Shown: positions 26,650 to 40,506 of the stretch, one piece after another
Layout of the letters: the number at the start of each line of letters is the position of its first letter
How positions within the stretch are numbered: the stretch's first letter is position 1
DNA from: Phoronis australis
Taxonomy: Eukaryota; Animalia; Phoronida
NCBI GenBank assembly: GCA_002633005.1
Contig: NMRA01000675.1
Coordinates: 13,171 to 77,170 of the forward strand
Length of the DNA: 64,000 bases
Direction of reading: 5' to 3'
The notes under the pieces: model-generated
Databases searched by the model: none
What the model saw: the letters and a program-made list of their open reading frames with translations, nothing else
Told to the model about the DNA's origin: nothing
Translations under genes and position numbers: made by a program

Positions 26650-27900
26650 ACCCACTCAAAGGGAAACATTCAAGGGTCATGCTATTACTTCCCAGGAGGG
26701 GTTCTTGCGCTTTCCAATGAACTACGAGCACACCAAGTAATCGACGTGCAACAACCAGGCAACCACGTCATTACACAATCCAGATCAATAAACTCGCCTT
26801 TTAGAGATACTAAATACCAAAAGAGTGTTCTCAATGGAAAATCGTCCCACACGTCATCTTGCAGTGAATAAACGGGAGAGATCTTCGAGGGCATTGCATA
26901 TGAATGGAAACTTTCAAAAACTAAACGGCATGGGGGCTACGACGAAGATAGATGCACGTCGTCCGTCAGTCTTGATTCGTGAACAGATATTTGCCTCAGG
27001 GGTCGTGGTCTCTCAAACGGATCGGTCGGTGTTCTTTGTTCCCTGTTAGTCGGTGGGCCAGATCTCGTAGCGTTCATTCTTGTGAGTACTTTGGGGGGGG
27101 CAACCTAGTTTTTTCTATGTGGCTAGATAATATACCTATAAATCAAATTCCAAAAAGTTCCCACGTCTACACTTGCACATTTTTTTTTTAAAAAAGGTGT
27201 TTTTGTTGCACAAAGTATGATGCACATTCCTGCCACTTGATGGCGCTTTTCTATTGAATTGACCAATCAGAGAGCCAGATTGTATTGTTGTGCTTAGTTA
27301 CTTCAATATGGCTGCTCCCATGGAGTGTGATNTGGTGATTTTTAGGTAACTTCAAACTCAAATTTCTCAAAAATGTGCAACTTTACATGTGGGAACTTTT
27401 TAGATTTTGAAAACACTCTAATAAATGAATTAAAAAACACCGAAATAAAATTGCCCCCCTAAAGTACTCACAAAACCATTTTTTAGAGACCCTACAAAAT
27501 CTGGCCCACCGACTATGTCTGTCAACTTTCGATTCAGGAACTCGTATTGCTTTCCACTATCAGGCTCTGCCCACCCGTGATTAACCCGAACCCTACCGGT
27601 CGTAGCTTGAGAATATCCATAGCCAAAAGTGATATGTAAAGTGTTGCTATAAATCTGACTAAATAGTTAAGTAAATTCGTACAACTGTATGCGCGAGTTT
27701 TCTATTTAACTTATTAAAACGAGTCTTAAAAGCAAAACTGACATCAACAGACGCACATGTACAACCTGGGAAGCTCATTTATATTGAGAAGCAAATTGTT
27801 GAAGGCACTGTATTCATATGTCTTCACACAGGTCATATGTTGGTCACATCACGTGAAGACGTGTCAAACATGTAAATTGCTACTGTAGCAAAATTAATTT
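26650..27900 (-). pseudogene. LRR ectodomain relic, split by a MITE
   Basis: VKTYEYSAFNNLLLNINELPRLY (~27.8 kb) and VYSLQDDVWDDFPLRTLFWYLVSLKGEFIDLD (ORF 26685-26894) are LRR-like. Confidence 0.4.
27047..27515. mobile_element. foldback non-autonomous DNA transposon, Academ-like
   Basis: Perfect 17 bp terminal inverted repeat TAGTCGGTGGGCCAGAT extending imperfectly ~150 bp inward; 3 bp TSD TGT (27044-46, 27516-18). TAG termini with a 3 bp TSD fit Academ. Confidence 0.8.
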
Positions 27901-28029
27901 TCTATGCAATTTACAAAAAAACAACTATCGAGCTTAACATTATGTAAAATTTGAGCATTTGTTTCAATACTACATTTGTCCAAGGTTTCATTACAGAGCA
28001 TGTATCGGATCGAGTCTACACAGTCACTT

Positions 28030-28760
28030 GTCTTTGAAAGTTTATTAATGGAGTTCATGGTGATTACTTAAAAATCTAATGACTTTGTCGAATGTATCCA
28101 TTCTAGTAAGGACGATGGTATTCTTCTATGTCAAAATGTTTCCGATGTGAAAGTTTTGTGATATGCTGATGAGATGGCTTTGTGTACTTAATCTCCAGTT
28201 AAACTGCAAAACCTTCTGTGTGCTTTAAATAATTTCTGCCAGGAATGGAGGGTGTCTGTGTAAATTTAGTGAAAACCACAGTTATGGTGTTTACATGTAG
28301 AAACGGAGGTCCCTTGAGAAATTGCGAGATGTGGTATTTTGGAGGTGAAAAACTCGAAGTGATTTCCATGCCAGCTGCAAGTATCTTGGTGTTGTGTTCA
28401 CGCCAAAGTTATTGTGGACTATGGTTGCTCAGACCCTGTCAGCCCAAGCCACGGAGGTAGCCATTACAGTAGACAAGGTACAAAAAAGCTGGACCATATT
28501 TCAACTACGCGTGGCTTTTGAGACATTTGATAAAAAAATTTACCCCAGCTCATGCTATGGAGCCGGAATATGGAGCTTACAAGAATACGACTGGTTAGAA
28601 CAAGTGCAAATTAAATTTTGCTGGCGTGTTTTGGGTGTAACTAATTCATGTTGAAACAATGCTGCACTGAGCGCATGTCGGCGGTTGTCGTTATTTACAA
28701 ATCACTATGTTGCCGTGATCACGTATTGGTTCAAACTTCTCAAAATGCCTTCTCGCATGA
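28030..28760 (+). mobile_element. non-LTR retrotransposon reverse transcriptase C-terminal fragment
   Basis: YADEMALC..SPVKLQNLLCALNNFCQEW / VNLVKTTVMVF..RNGG / YLGVVFTPKLLW / YGAGIW..LEQVQIKFCWRVLGV / YWFKLLKMP, with stops and frameshifts. Confidence 0.85.
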
Positions 28761-28818
28761 CTTTGACCAAAACGGTCGGCACTCCCAAAATTGAACCACA
28801 TCACTTAGACTTATACAG

Positions 28819-29062
28819 CCGATTTCATAAAGGTGGTTTTAAGTTAAACCTGATTTAAACTGGACTTAGACCAGGCTTAAAGATAATCTGCATTTCATAA
28901 AATGGCTTAACTTTTGGACCAGTGGTCTTGTAAAACCTAGTTTAACTCCTATTTAAACCTGGTCTATGTCAGTTTTTATTTCACCAACGAAGTCTATATT
29001 CTTTAGATCTGTATTAAGATCTAAAACCAGGTTTGACTTTAGACTTGGTCAGACCTAGGTTT
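28819..29062. mobile_element. possible Harbinger-type element end
   Basis: GCCGATTTCATAAAG start followed by short TTAAACC/GGTTTAA/TTAGACC sub-repeats; similar sequence resumes at ~33870-33920. Confidence 0.35.
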
Positions 29063-31154
29063 AAAGGCGAAGGCAACCTCTTTTCATGTCATTTTTAGCA
29101 AAAATAGGGTTCGTTGATCATCCCAGACATATTTTTCACTTATTTACAGCGTTTCGTAATTTAATTAATTACTCGTCGTCTACTCCGGAAGTTACGTTTT
29201 GGGAGGCAAGAATTTCGCGCCAATTTCTTTTCATACATTCTGACTGTGAGAGCATAAGCATGTAAATCAGAAACCAACGAATTTGTTAATGAAAACGGAA
29301 ATCAATGTACAGTTATAAGCAATATCCGCAGCCATGCTCGCAGACTTTAGGCGGGTAACCCCGGGAAAATGGGAGATTGGGCATTCATAGTAGGGTGTAG
29401 TTTTGCACATTACCGAGGTACTTGCAACTGTTCACGAATTTAACTTGACACCCCGCAAAAAACGCTGAAATAAGTGTTTATTATTGGGAGTATTTGAGTA
29501 TACTCGTTCACCCCAATAGTAGCCTCGACAGCACTGTTTTCCACCTGTGGGAATTCTTTACGAACAACTCATAGTAATAATTTTCAAAAGAGTTACTATT
29601 CTTGTGATGCATTATTTTATAATTACACTATATTTTAGCCATAGCACGATTAGAAAACGGAAATCTCTCATTTTCATTTCACCACCTGGATGTGGAATGG
29701 TAATCGACACTTGTTGTCCTACTGTAAATATCCTGATGAAGTTTTATGAACAGACATAATGTTGAGTTATCATGAACATTTTTATTTGTGTGGCAATTTC
29801 CGTTTTCTAATTATTCTATAACTAACCATAGGAAGTAATCATTTTGTGTAATTAACGAATAGGGGTCTTCACGTTCTTCGAAATCCCATCCTTTCGATAG
29901 CGGTCAACTCTTTTGCATTTTTTCATATTTTTTCGTTGTTTTGATCGAATGTCTTGATACTGCTATGTTGTGCATAAATGTTGGTGTTTTTTATGAATTT
30001 GGAATCTCATTTTCGCTGGAGAATACTTGGCTGTGTCCATGAGCGGAGCACCAAAGGGGACTGGGAGGCTATAGCCCCCACTTTTTCAGTGCTGGGTCGC
30101 TCATGGTCTATGGGCGATACATCACAGGGGGTTGGGGGTGGAGCTTTAACCCCCCCACACACTTTTTTCAGTGCTGCGCTGCCCATGGTGTCGGATTTAC
30201 ATGTACACAGGGACAGAGGGACATATCCCCGAACTGCTCCACCGAGAGAGGGTACTGTCTGAAATGGGACACCTTAATTATGAAAGGCTAAATAAACATC
30301 ATTAAACTCATTCCACCGGCGTGTGGTCACAAGACGGTGCAGGAAATGACCCTCTTCAACATGAAAGTCTGTTGCAACGATTTCGCAAAACATGAAACTA
30401 GACGTAATCAAGTTCAACATTGGGCTCTCTATATATCAGTGAGACAGACTCCTAAGAATTTGTCAACAAAGACATAGAAAGGGTGGCTACTTGAATGTCA
30501 TCAATAGCCTCCTTCAAGGGTGGGGCCCCTCAATATGAAATTATCAATATTTTCAAAAATCAAGAAATGTGCAGCAATTGATGATATCTGCCAGGGCATC
30601 AAGTGATACAAAAATTGAGAAAAATGCAGCAGTTGTTTCTGTTATTTCTTGCCGGAGAGGGGTCTTTGGAAAAATACAGTTTTGCAGTCGCAAAATTTTG
30701 ACTTATTGAAATTAAAAATCAAGTAAATTAATACGCTCCTCAATAGCTTCGCTTTTATTTTTTTGTTTTTTCGAAATATAATGCACGAATCTTTACGTGA
30801 CCGTTTTCAAGTGCGTTTAGACGATCCGTGCATTATTTCGGATCTACCAAAGCGTTCATCTCCTCAGCACTATATCAGTATTTTTCCTGCTGGCCCCTCA
30901 GCTGCACTTCCTGTACATGATAACATACACTATATAACAGGCTTGTGGGAAAGCAAAAACTATTGGGGGGAAGGGGCACAAACCAACTCGGCTTTGCTAA
31001 ACTACCCCCTTCCTTTCGCCAACCCCCTCAAAGTGATGCCAAAACGGTGTACTGAGATTCCCAACACATCCGCCATAAGTGTTGATGGGGTGGTGGGGCG
31101 AGGCATTCCCATCATGATTTGAGTAACCAATCAACTAAGTTTCACGGAAAGACT

Positions 31155-31350
31155 GAGTCTTGAACCAGCGCACTGACGGGTACATGTAGCTGGGAGCTAC
31201 ATCTGTCAACAAGTATTGTAGCTTAGATCTAACAGACAGTGTGAAAATATAAAATTCGATAACTGCCTACTAGCGCTGGTCAGCTCAGATATGAGTCGCT
31301 TGAGACAGGCAGCTTAGCTCGTACCTATCTTTCTGCGCTGGCTCTAAGGT
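31155..31350. mobile_element. small MITE-like element
   Basis: Inverted ends GAACCAGCGCA..TGCGCTGGCTC; the internal ATGTAGCTGGGAGCTAC also occurs at ~61665. Confidence 0.4.
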
Positions 31351-34300
31351 CAAAATTCGTTTTATTATGTTCCAGTTTGGGGAAAATTCGTTTTATTATT
31401 TCCATTTTTGAAGGAAATTTTTGAAAAGGGGAGGTCCTGAGGTCCCTGGTAAAGTGCCTTTGGGGCCGTATCAGAATCCTTTCTTGAAACACGGACGGTA
31501 GACAAGGTTCTGGTGGTTACAGAAAACGATACTGAGTGTGTCCCAAAATGTACACACTTCAACGCTTGGAGTTCAAATTCAGTTCCCATGGATCTGTGAG
31601 ATTCTGCGCAGGCATACTCCATGCTTACACCAGTCAGTCACGACGTGCTCCGTCTACGTAGTATGCACGCGACGGGCAAGGAAACGATTCACTTTTCAGT
31701 GAAGAACAAAAAAGTTAAAATTCATTGCGCAATATTGCTGGAAAGAAAAGAATTCAAGGAAGTGCACAGAACCTTTCCAAGTTAAGGAGTAAATTTTTTT
31801 AGTTGAAATCTTCTTTTTCGATTTAGGGTTTTGAAATTTAAACACACTAATCTAGTTCCTAAATTAAAGAAATTATTGTCATTTGAAGTGTGGGAAGATT
31901 TTGGTGCACTTTGTCGAGCTGTCCGACATTCATCAATATCCTTCAGACTTATTTCAGATAAACAAAAATCGTTTGGTGTATTTTGCAATATCGGGATCTG
32001 ATGATTTTCGAAGTGTCAGCCTGCAACTAAATTCATTAAAGCATTAGCTTCTAATTGTCAAAATAATTCTTTTTCAATCAGTCCATTTTTGTCAGTTGAT
32101 TCATAAACAAAGTAAATCAGAAACCAACCTTTTTGATCCCCTGTTTGTGAGATAAAACCACGTTGACGAACGAAACTTTTGCCTAAGTCAAAAATCAATA
32201 CATTTATTGTCATTTGAATTGTGAGAATATTTTTGGGAACTCTCCGAATTGCATTAATGCCTTTGAGAGATCTTTTAGATAGGCAAAAATCGGCGTGCAA
32301 GTGCACTTTAAGGTGGTGCTGAACAGTTAGGATTCAGCCGCGACCAATTTGCAAAATATTAAAATTTAGGAGTAGGCCAGGCTTCGGGGAAGTTTTTAGT
32401 TAGGTATTGTGTGAAGGCAAGTGAATGTAGTTTTTTTATATTTTTGAACATGCTGAAAATACAAAAAGGCCACTTGCTTGGCTGTAACTGCACTCTTCTT
32501 CAAGATGATGGCACCCTGTTGCAATTGTGCATTGCTGTGTAGCATCTGAGAAATTGGCCGCGATTTCAGGTAGCCCTCAAACAAGCTAGATTTGCAAAAA
32601 ATACTTGGTTGACAGTAATGTTGGACCACATTTTGGAATTGGTAGGAAATTTGCATTCAGAGTGTTATGTAGGCTTTAGTCGAACTTCGGCAACGAAGTG
32701 GTGGGCTTGGGGTGAAAAGTACCGATTTTGCATTTGTTGCCACTATTTTTCTTAGTCTAGCTTGGTTTTCAGTGGAAGTGAAATGGTCAAAAATACAAGA
32801 GACAATATAAAGTTTCTGTGCTCATCTGTAGGGGTTGTGATGTGAAATGACTCAAAACATCGGAGATAGTCTTTTTGTGTAATTCACAAAGAGTGGTCTT
32901 GACGTTCTTTAAAATTTCAACTTTTCTACGGCGTTCAATCCTATTCTATTTTCCACATTTTTTGGTTATTTCTGTCAAATGTCTTAATACTGTTGTGCTG
33001 TGCATATTTTTTTGTGTTTTTGGTGAATTTGGAATCTCAAGCTCTACTTGCGAATATTTGTCAGTGTCGAATTTACATGTATACAGGGACAAAGTAACAT
33101 TTCCGTCGAATTTTCCAACGGAGGGAGTGTCCCGTCTGAAATAGGACACCTAAGATGAAAGGATGAACCTCATTAAACTTGAAAAAAGAAAGTGATAGTT
33201 TATTACATTCCCTGCAAGAAGTGACTTTCCTCAACATGAAAGCTGGTTGTATGATTTCAAGAAAAACATGAAAATAGAGGTAATCGATTCTAACATTGAA
33301 CCCCCTCTTTGAGGGGCCCTTAAGAATTTGGCAATAAAGACACGAAAATGGTGGGCACTTAAATGCCAACAATGACCCCTTTCAAGGGCTGGGCCCCTAA
33401 ATATCAAAAGATCTATATTTTCAAAAATCAGAAAGATTCGCAGAAATTAGTCTTGTCGGTCATTAAATCAAATTTTCTCATGTGTTTGCAAAATTGTATT
33501 ATTGAACTCAAAAATTCAGGAAGCTAATTTATTCCGCAAAGGTACTCGCTTTGCAAATTTTTGTCATTTTTCGAAATACATGTATGAATGTTAAAGTTCA
33601 CGATATCAAGTGGTATAGAAGACCTATCATGTATGCTACAAAAACGGAGAGCCTAACAACAATGTCCTGCCCAGGGCCCTCAAAGGGTAAGCCATACATT
33701 GATGCTGAGGTGTTACTTGAAATGTTCTCTTGAACTTTCTCTATTATCAGTATCGCAGGCTTTCATTTCTTGACTGTCTCCGGACCCACGCCTATATTAG
33801 TTTAACACTGACGCCTGCAACTTTTTGGGGGACCACGTGCCCCCGGCCCCCTTCCGGCTTCCTACAGCCCAGTCTAATGTGTCTAATTATGGGGCTTAAA
33901 CCAAGCGTGTCTTCTTAAACAAATATGTAATAACAGTAAACCTTAAAGTTACGTTTTGTGAGTTTAGCTTAACAACGCAAAATTATGTCCTCTGTTATTT
34001 TAGGAAGCAGAGGCAGGCATAAGCGCTCGTTATACATGTAGTCTTATTGCAAATCAGTAAGATTGAAATTGTGTCCAAACGCATACTGATTAGCTCTTCT
34101 CTGTGCGCCACGTCGTAATGGAACACTATGCACAACTCTTACAAAGAGCTGCACAGTGCAGAGATGACTTATATCAATTTTAGCGCCTTCCGCAGCCGTT
34201 CTTGCAGACATATCCTTGGAAGCTTCTGGTGCTTGTGGTAGGATTTCCAGATTATGCTCCATCAGGCGTCTTGTCTGCAACTGCCGTGTCCACAACGTCT

Positions 34301-35091
34301 CTGTTGTTCCAGACATGGAGATCACTGCAGCATTCATAGAGCGTGTTCCCTATCTCTTCTATACATTGGCTCAGCAATTGCATATCTTGGGCAAATGCCA
34401 TTTGTGCATTTCTTACTTGTTCGATCATGGTGACGTTCATCTGTGTCTTGCTTCTTCTCTCAGTTGATCCATCTCATTCCGGAATTAAATTAGTCATCCC
34501 AGGATCACTCACCATCCATCGACGAAGAGCAGCACAGTTTCTGTCAGTCCGACGGCTCCGCCTCTCTTTAACGAAGCACTATTCTACTCATGGTCCTGGT
34601 CAATAGCTACCACGGAGAATGAACGGTTTGACTTCTTGACGATAAAGTTTCCCTTTAGAAACTAAGCATGGAGTTGCGTCAGTGATATCCTGTATCGTAG
34701 TTGGATCGGCACCCATGCCGAGCAATACGGTATGTAAGATCCAGGGCAAAGAACCAAGGAGCATCTCGGAAAGGGCCTCTATGTACAGTTGTGCATGAAG
34801 GCGGCCTCACGTACAAAGTGTCAATCTCACATACGCCATCACAGCCAGCTCCAGCTGAAGGGTGAGGTTCCAAAGAGGAAATTGAGGAAATGGATCGGAC
34901 CTTGCATCACATCAGTCTTCAAACGGCACCACAACACTCGCATCTTCCAAATTTGGTTGCACTCCCTGTAGGAAAATTGTCATAACATTTATTATAATTA
35001 ATACTATTATTTTATTCCCAGAGGAGAGAGACTGGTTTGATGACATTTGCAATTGCCGTAGTGCTCAATGAGATTTGAATCGTACTGTTTT

Positions 35092-35231
35092 ACGAAAGAT
35101 ATGCACAAAACTTACCGAGAGTGGCGTACATGAAGTGATATCGAAGGTCGAGGTCGATACGCGGAATAAGGTCGAGTGGGATATTACTTCATGTACGCCA
35201 ATCGAGGTACGTTTTGTATTTATCCTATTCG
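35092..35231. repeat. long imperfect palindrome (~55 bp arms)
   Basis: ACAAAACTTACCGAGAGTGGCGTACATGAAGTGATATC ... GATATTACTTCATGTACGCCAATCGAGGTACGTTTTGT. Confidence 0.8.
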
Positions 35232-37212
35232 CTTCGAATCCCTGAGTTTCCTGCATTTTTCGGCAGATTTTTCAAATACTTCATCCAGACTGTTCACATG
35301 GCGGATCACATCCTACATGTATATACTTGCGCGTTAGGTTGCAAGTTTTCTCTTGAAAAAGAAACAGTTTTTAAAGTAACGATGTATTTCTTGAAGAGAG
35401 GTAACAAAGATGAAAACAACGGCAACTGAGCAGTGAACTTGTAACATCTCCTGGAAATAGTTAAAAAACAACAATATTTGACATTTTAATTTCCTACATG
35501 CAGGAATCGGCGCCTGAGTTGCAGACGATATACTATTCAGCAACTGAAAACTGAGACGTCTGTGTCTTATAATTAACAGTTTTCTTCCAGATTATACGTT
35601 TAGGGCCTGGATGCATGTGGAGTGTTAGTTACACGGTTGCAACTGTGTTATTTTAAACTATATTCGGAAAGTTTGATGATCGAACCGGCTGAAGACGTCG
35701 AGTCGACATTGACCTACCTTTTGAACTTTCCATGTCAGAGGTCGCTGTTAAAGTAGTGCGCGAGGTGAATACGGAAAACTTTATTTCATGGCCGTATTTC
35801 CCTCGACAGATTCAACGCGCCATATATGGAAAGTGACTTGTTTACCAGCCAACCAGATGCACTAAAACAATAACATTGATATGCTGAGGTCACTACTCAC
35901 AGGAACTATTATGTAACAATTCTTCCTTTTGCCAGAGTTCAATGAAAAAACAGGATATGATTCACTTTCACTTGATCATCACGAGAATTCATGACAACCT
36001 GCGCCTCGTCAGTAATTTCATTCATTTCTTGCATTTTTAGTATTTGCTAATTATACTCCATGCATGTTTGTTTTTATTACAATTTTTGTCACCATTTCAT
36101 CCACTCTTTGAACCAAAATCCCTTAAACCGCCAGAGGCGCTCAGATCCCAGAATGCAATCAAAGTCGGCCGACACCCACTAATGGTCACGGGTGTCCTCG
36201 CTGTGGCCGTGACGTAGATACATGTAGGCGTCGGGCCGGGGACATCCAAGAAAAGAAAAAAAAATGGGAATATGGATCAGGGACAAAATTCAAGAGAACG
36301 TTTGACAACTCAGTCTCCATGCATGGTTTACCCTTTGAAGGCTCTGGCCAGGACATTGTTGTAAGATCTCCATTTTTGCAGCATAAATCGCCTAAACGCA
36401 TTTAAAAACAAGCACTTAATCATTCATACGTGTATTTCGAAACAACCAATATGTGAAAAATACAATAGGATTGGCAGCCATTGGAAATTTGGAATTCTAA
36501 AGAACGTGGAGACCACTACATTGTTTTTGTAAATTACACAAAAGGACTATTTGCAATCGTTAGTTATAAATTAATATTAAGTTTTTCCCATAGTATAACA
36601 AGAATGGTATTTTTGAAGATCGTTACTAGGTGTTGTATGTAAGGAATTCTCACATATTGAAAAGACTGTCGGTTACAATTTATGATGACCGTGTTCATGT
36701 CTAACGGGGGTACTCAAAGTACTCGCAATCATGAAAAAAGATTTCAGAAATTTTTTGAGTTCAAGTTTAACTCATGAAACGTTATAGGTGCCTCTAAAAA
36801 ATATTTAGTAGTTCGAAAGGATATGATTTTATAGTTAAGCGAGAGTTATTGTCCGAAGAAATCTTGCCGTATTTTAACTTACATCTGCGAAGTTGTCTCG
36901 CTCATTTCAGACACTCGGTTCATTAGCTAAACATAGAAGTAGGTAGACACCAGAGTGTTACAAGGCATGGCATAATTTTTGTAACTACGGCAGAGTTGAT
37001 AATGAGATGCACTTTATCTCTCAGTGTCCTGTATTGAGAAATTTAAGGAAAATTACAAACTGGAGATACTGTCACACTATCGCAGAGCTGAAGAATATGT
37101 TCGGTATATCTTTCAATTAAAAACCATAAACCAGTGGTGCTTTAGAACGTCTGTTCTTATGTATTTATAAAGCAAAAGTATTTCGAACAGAAGCGTGTCG
37201 TGAAAATGGTTG

Positions 37213-37231
37213 TATATAAATATATATATAC

Positions 37232-37295
<64 letters not shown>
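37213..37295. repeat. (TA)n(TG)n microsatellite
   Basis: Directly visible. Confidence 0.97.
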
Positions 37296-38403
37296 AAGCA
37301 ATCGCTTGTTATGTACATGTACGGTTAAAAGATTGATTGATAAATAATCTTAAAACCCGACGTTTCTGCATGCTTGTCTAAAATAGTGCAGGTAGGCTTA
37401 AGGAACCAGATTTGATTGTGCTGGAGTATGTTGTGAATGGGAAAATAAACTAGTTAATTTGTAGATTCTCTTCTTTTCAAATTGACAGATCCCTCCAGCA
37501 TGGTTGGCAATTACAACTGGTGAATTTTCTTTAATGGCGAAGGCGTCGTTGACAGTTTGGACCAGCGTTAGTCAATGAAAAACAAAACATGGGAACCTGA
37601 ACCATTCATTTATTAATTTAAATATATACCCACTCAATCACCAAGTACATGAAACAAAACCCTCGCAATACACGTGAGTACATTTAGTAACGCAATTAAT
37701 CCGTAATCCCAAACTTGGTAGTCTAAAAAGTTACATCGTAACAGTAGGCCTACATTTACAATGAATCAAACCAGAAATTTCACCCCATTGTATACCCTGC
37801 CACGGTAACAGTAACCAATTCAATACCCTCTCGATTGCAACGTTTTGTATGCTATACTACGTTAGAGAACTTAATAAACGCATTGTGATATCATAATGTA
37901 TACATGTATGTTAAAGCTGCACTCCCAAAAACGGGTCTTTACGATCGCCCGTCCAGTAATGCCACCGTGAAACAATAGGTTATACTATACATTTTCTGAT
38001 GCTAAGCTATTCGACTTCAAATTACAGCGTTTTTCATCTTTTGACTCCAAAATCCTGAAACCGCCTGCTCAATTTAGTGGCTCAACAATTGAAACAGGCG
38101 GTTGTGTAGAAATATCCCCCGGGGCAAGCTGTTCTACAACAGACCACGTGACGGATGGTCACATCTATTAAGGTATATATGGTATGTTTTGGATCTTTCA
38201 GACGGTTCATGAAACAATGGTCTTCTGCTTGTGATCACACTGAGTTGGCGACTGCTTTTTAACAAAAGTTTACACAAATTTTGCTTTCACACAGCGCTTC
38301 TTCGAAATTATTATTATCTGAATAGTTTACAAAATTGTGTGTATTCTGAAATTGCCCTCAACTAATGTATACATGTATCTTGTCATTAACACGCCCTTTG
38401 AAT

Positions 38404-38885
38404 TTATCCAACTTGGTAGGTTTCAATGATGTCCCAGTTTCCGCTGCAGCCGATACCTTCTATTCCGTTTCCGTACATACTTCCTTGTTTACAATTCTTG
38501 TTGTTGAAGTCGAGCTCTTCCGTAAAGGATGGGAGAGACCCATGCTGAATATTTGTCATCTGAGTACCTGATTGGCCTTTAGATATTAACTGGGTAGCTG
38601 TGGAATTTCCATTTCCAGTGCAATTGATTCTGAATATGAAAGCCTTTTCATCGTATTGGCCAAGTTGTGAGTTTGACCACACAATCGTGGTGTAGCCCCC
38701 GTAATAAAGGCCAGTGTTCGAATCCTTTCCGATAGATAAAGTAGGAGATTGGCCATTTGCCGCAGTGAGAAACGCACTGGAGTTTAACCCGTTCTGAGTT
38801 GATCGATAAATTCTTTTAAAGATTCCCGCGGGTAACCACTGGGTAATCCATTTCAAAGTTTCTTCTGTGATCAAACTTGGTTCAG
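38404..38885 (-). CDS. terminal exon encoding a TLDc domain
   Basis: 160 open codons after a TTTTTCAG acceptor (phase 1): WLP..FKRIYRSTQNGLNSSAF..ANGQSPTL.IGKD...YYGGYT...W.....YDEKAFIF...GSLPSF...IETY, then TAA. These are canonical TLDc motifs. Confidence 0.85.
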
Positions 38886-39059
38886 CTGAAAAATTATAAC
38901 AAAATATGCTCAAGTAAAGCAAAGCGTTAATAAGCGTCCACAGTGCTTCTCAAACGGTTTAATTACAGAAGTGCTTACAATAATTTCACCACAGGTAATA
39001 GCTGTATTAGCCAGAATTGACACTTGATACTTCATCATTTAAAACAACATCATATCAAA

Positions 39060-40506
39060 GGAATTTTAAAAATGACCAGTTTTCCACATTTTCAGGTAGT
39101 TCATCCAGAAGAGTTCTTCACAAAACGCGGCAAATCGATATCCGTGTTGAAACCAAAATAGACACTTGGTGGTGCCGCCTTGATCGAATGCGACTGAAAA
39201 TTTCCCGGTGCTTAGTTCATCCAGAAGAGTTCTTCACAAAACACGGCAAATCGATCTCCGTGTTGAAACCAAAACAGACACTTGGTGGTGCCGCCTTGAT
39301 CGACTGAAAACTGCCGGGTGCCTACGTGAAAGGCGTCAGAAACCACCGTGTTAAGTTTCATTGGAATCTGTAATCACCCCGAAATTAAAAAAACACTTTT
39401 CTCGAAAAGTACTAAAAACCCTCATAGAAACAAAATCGGCTACTACTGGGTGTTTCAGTGAATAGTACATGTGCGTTGTCATCATATCAGTACATGTACC
39501 TCAGCGTCAAGTTTCGTCACAGTCCGTCTATCAATCCTTTAGATAATCAAAAACGTTCTTTATCAAGATATTGGAAACCCCCAAGTCCTGAACCCGAAGC
39601 GGGGCAATTTGAAAAGTGACATGCATCGCCATAGTTATGCTCTACAACCTTGTGTCAAAATTCGTCAACATACAACCAGGGGTTCTTGAGATATTTACAT
39701 GCAATAGTCAGCAGAGCAAACGAACAAAATGGCCACCAAGGTGTGCTACATTGGTCAATGATTTGCCAAAAAAATCAATTGGTGTCGATGCATTCCCGTC
39801 ACATACGCCAAATTTCATCGAAATCCGTCAATTGGTTCTCCAGAAATCACCCTGAAAACGCTTCCGGTCAAAAGTACAGAAAAGCCCTTGTCGAGACCAA
39901 AATGGCCACTGTTGAATGCTGGAGGGGTCGAATCAAAAAGTGATTGGTGTCGGCGCATAGTCATTGCCTGCCCTTGTGTCCAGCTTCATTGAATTACGCC
40001 ACTCGTTTCTCTTTGGAGCCGGAAACCTCTTCAACCAAAAAAATGAAATCTTGCCTCCCTTTCCTTGAGCGGGGCAATTTGAAAAGTAACATTTACTTTT
40101 CTAGTTATGCCTTACATCGTTCTGCCAAATTTTTTAAATATCGAGCAGAAAACTGGTAAACAAAATGAACAGAAAGGGTTGCACAGAAGTCAAATTGGTC
40201 CCAAAATTGACTAGTGCCGGGGTTTTGTCGTCACATATCTGAGGGTTAAGTTTCATCCAAATCCGTCAATCGTTTCTCTAGTTATAATCCGGAAACGCTT
40301 TTCCACGAAAAACACCGAAATGTCAGGCTCTTTCTACCTTTGGGGGCCAGGCGAATTGAGAGGTGGCACGCCGCTCCGTCTCGGTGATGACTTACACCCT
40401 TGTACTAAATTTCATTAAGATATGACTAGACTTTTCTTCGAGGTGGGACACGCGAACGCCGCAGCAGAATGACAAAAATACATATGTATGCGACTACACA
40501 TAAGAG
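39060..40506 (+). mobile_element. second HINE-like family element with diverged core repeats
   Basis: Recurrent AAGTTTC(A/G)T..AATCCGTC cores, a direct duplication at 116 bp spacing (39098-39187 / 39214-39303), and a tail ending ACATATGTATGCGACTACACATAAG. Confidence 0.5.

Larger units (their letters stand above)
29400..36830. repeat. dispersed repeat family: two direct copies and one inverted copy
   Basis: ~29860-30800 aligns with ~32870-33600. 36186-36400 is the reverse complement of ~33630-33838, and ~36500-36830 is the reverse complement of ~29400-29880. Confidence 0.75.

Noticed and set aside
34044-35430. Harbinger Myb/SANT accessory gene (VNSLDEVFEKSAEKCRK; also IANEMTEK at ~46.35 kb)
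   Set aside because: The matches are short and interrupted with no transposase seen; too weak to list as a feature.
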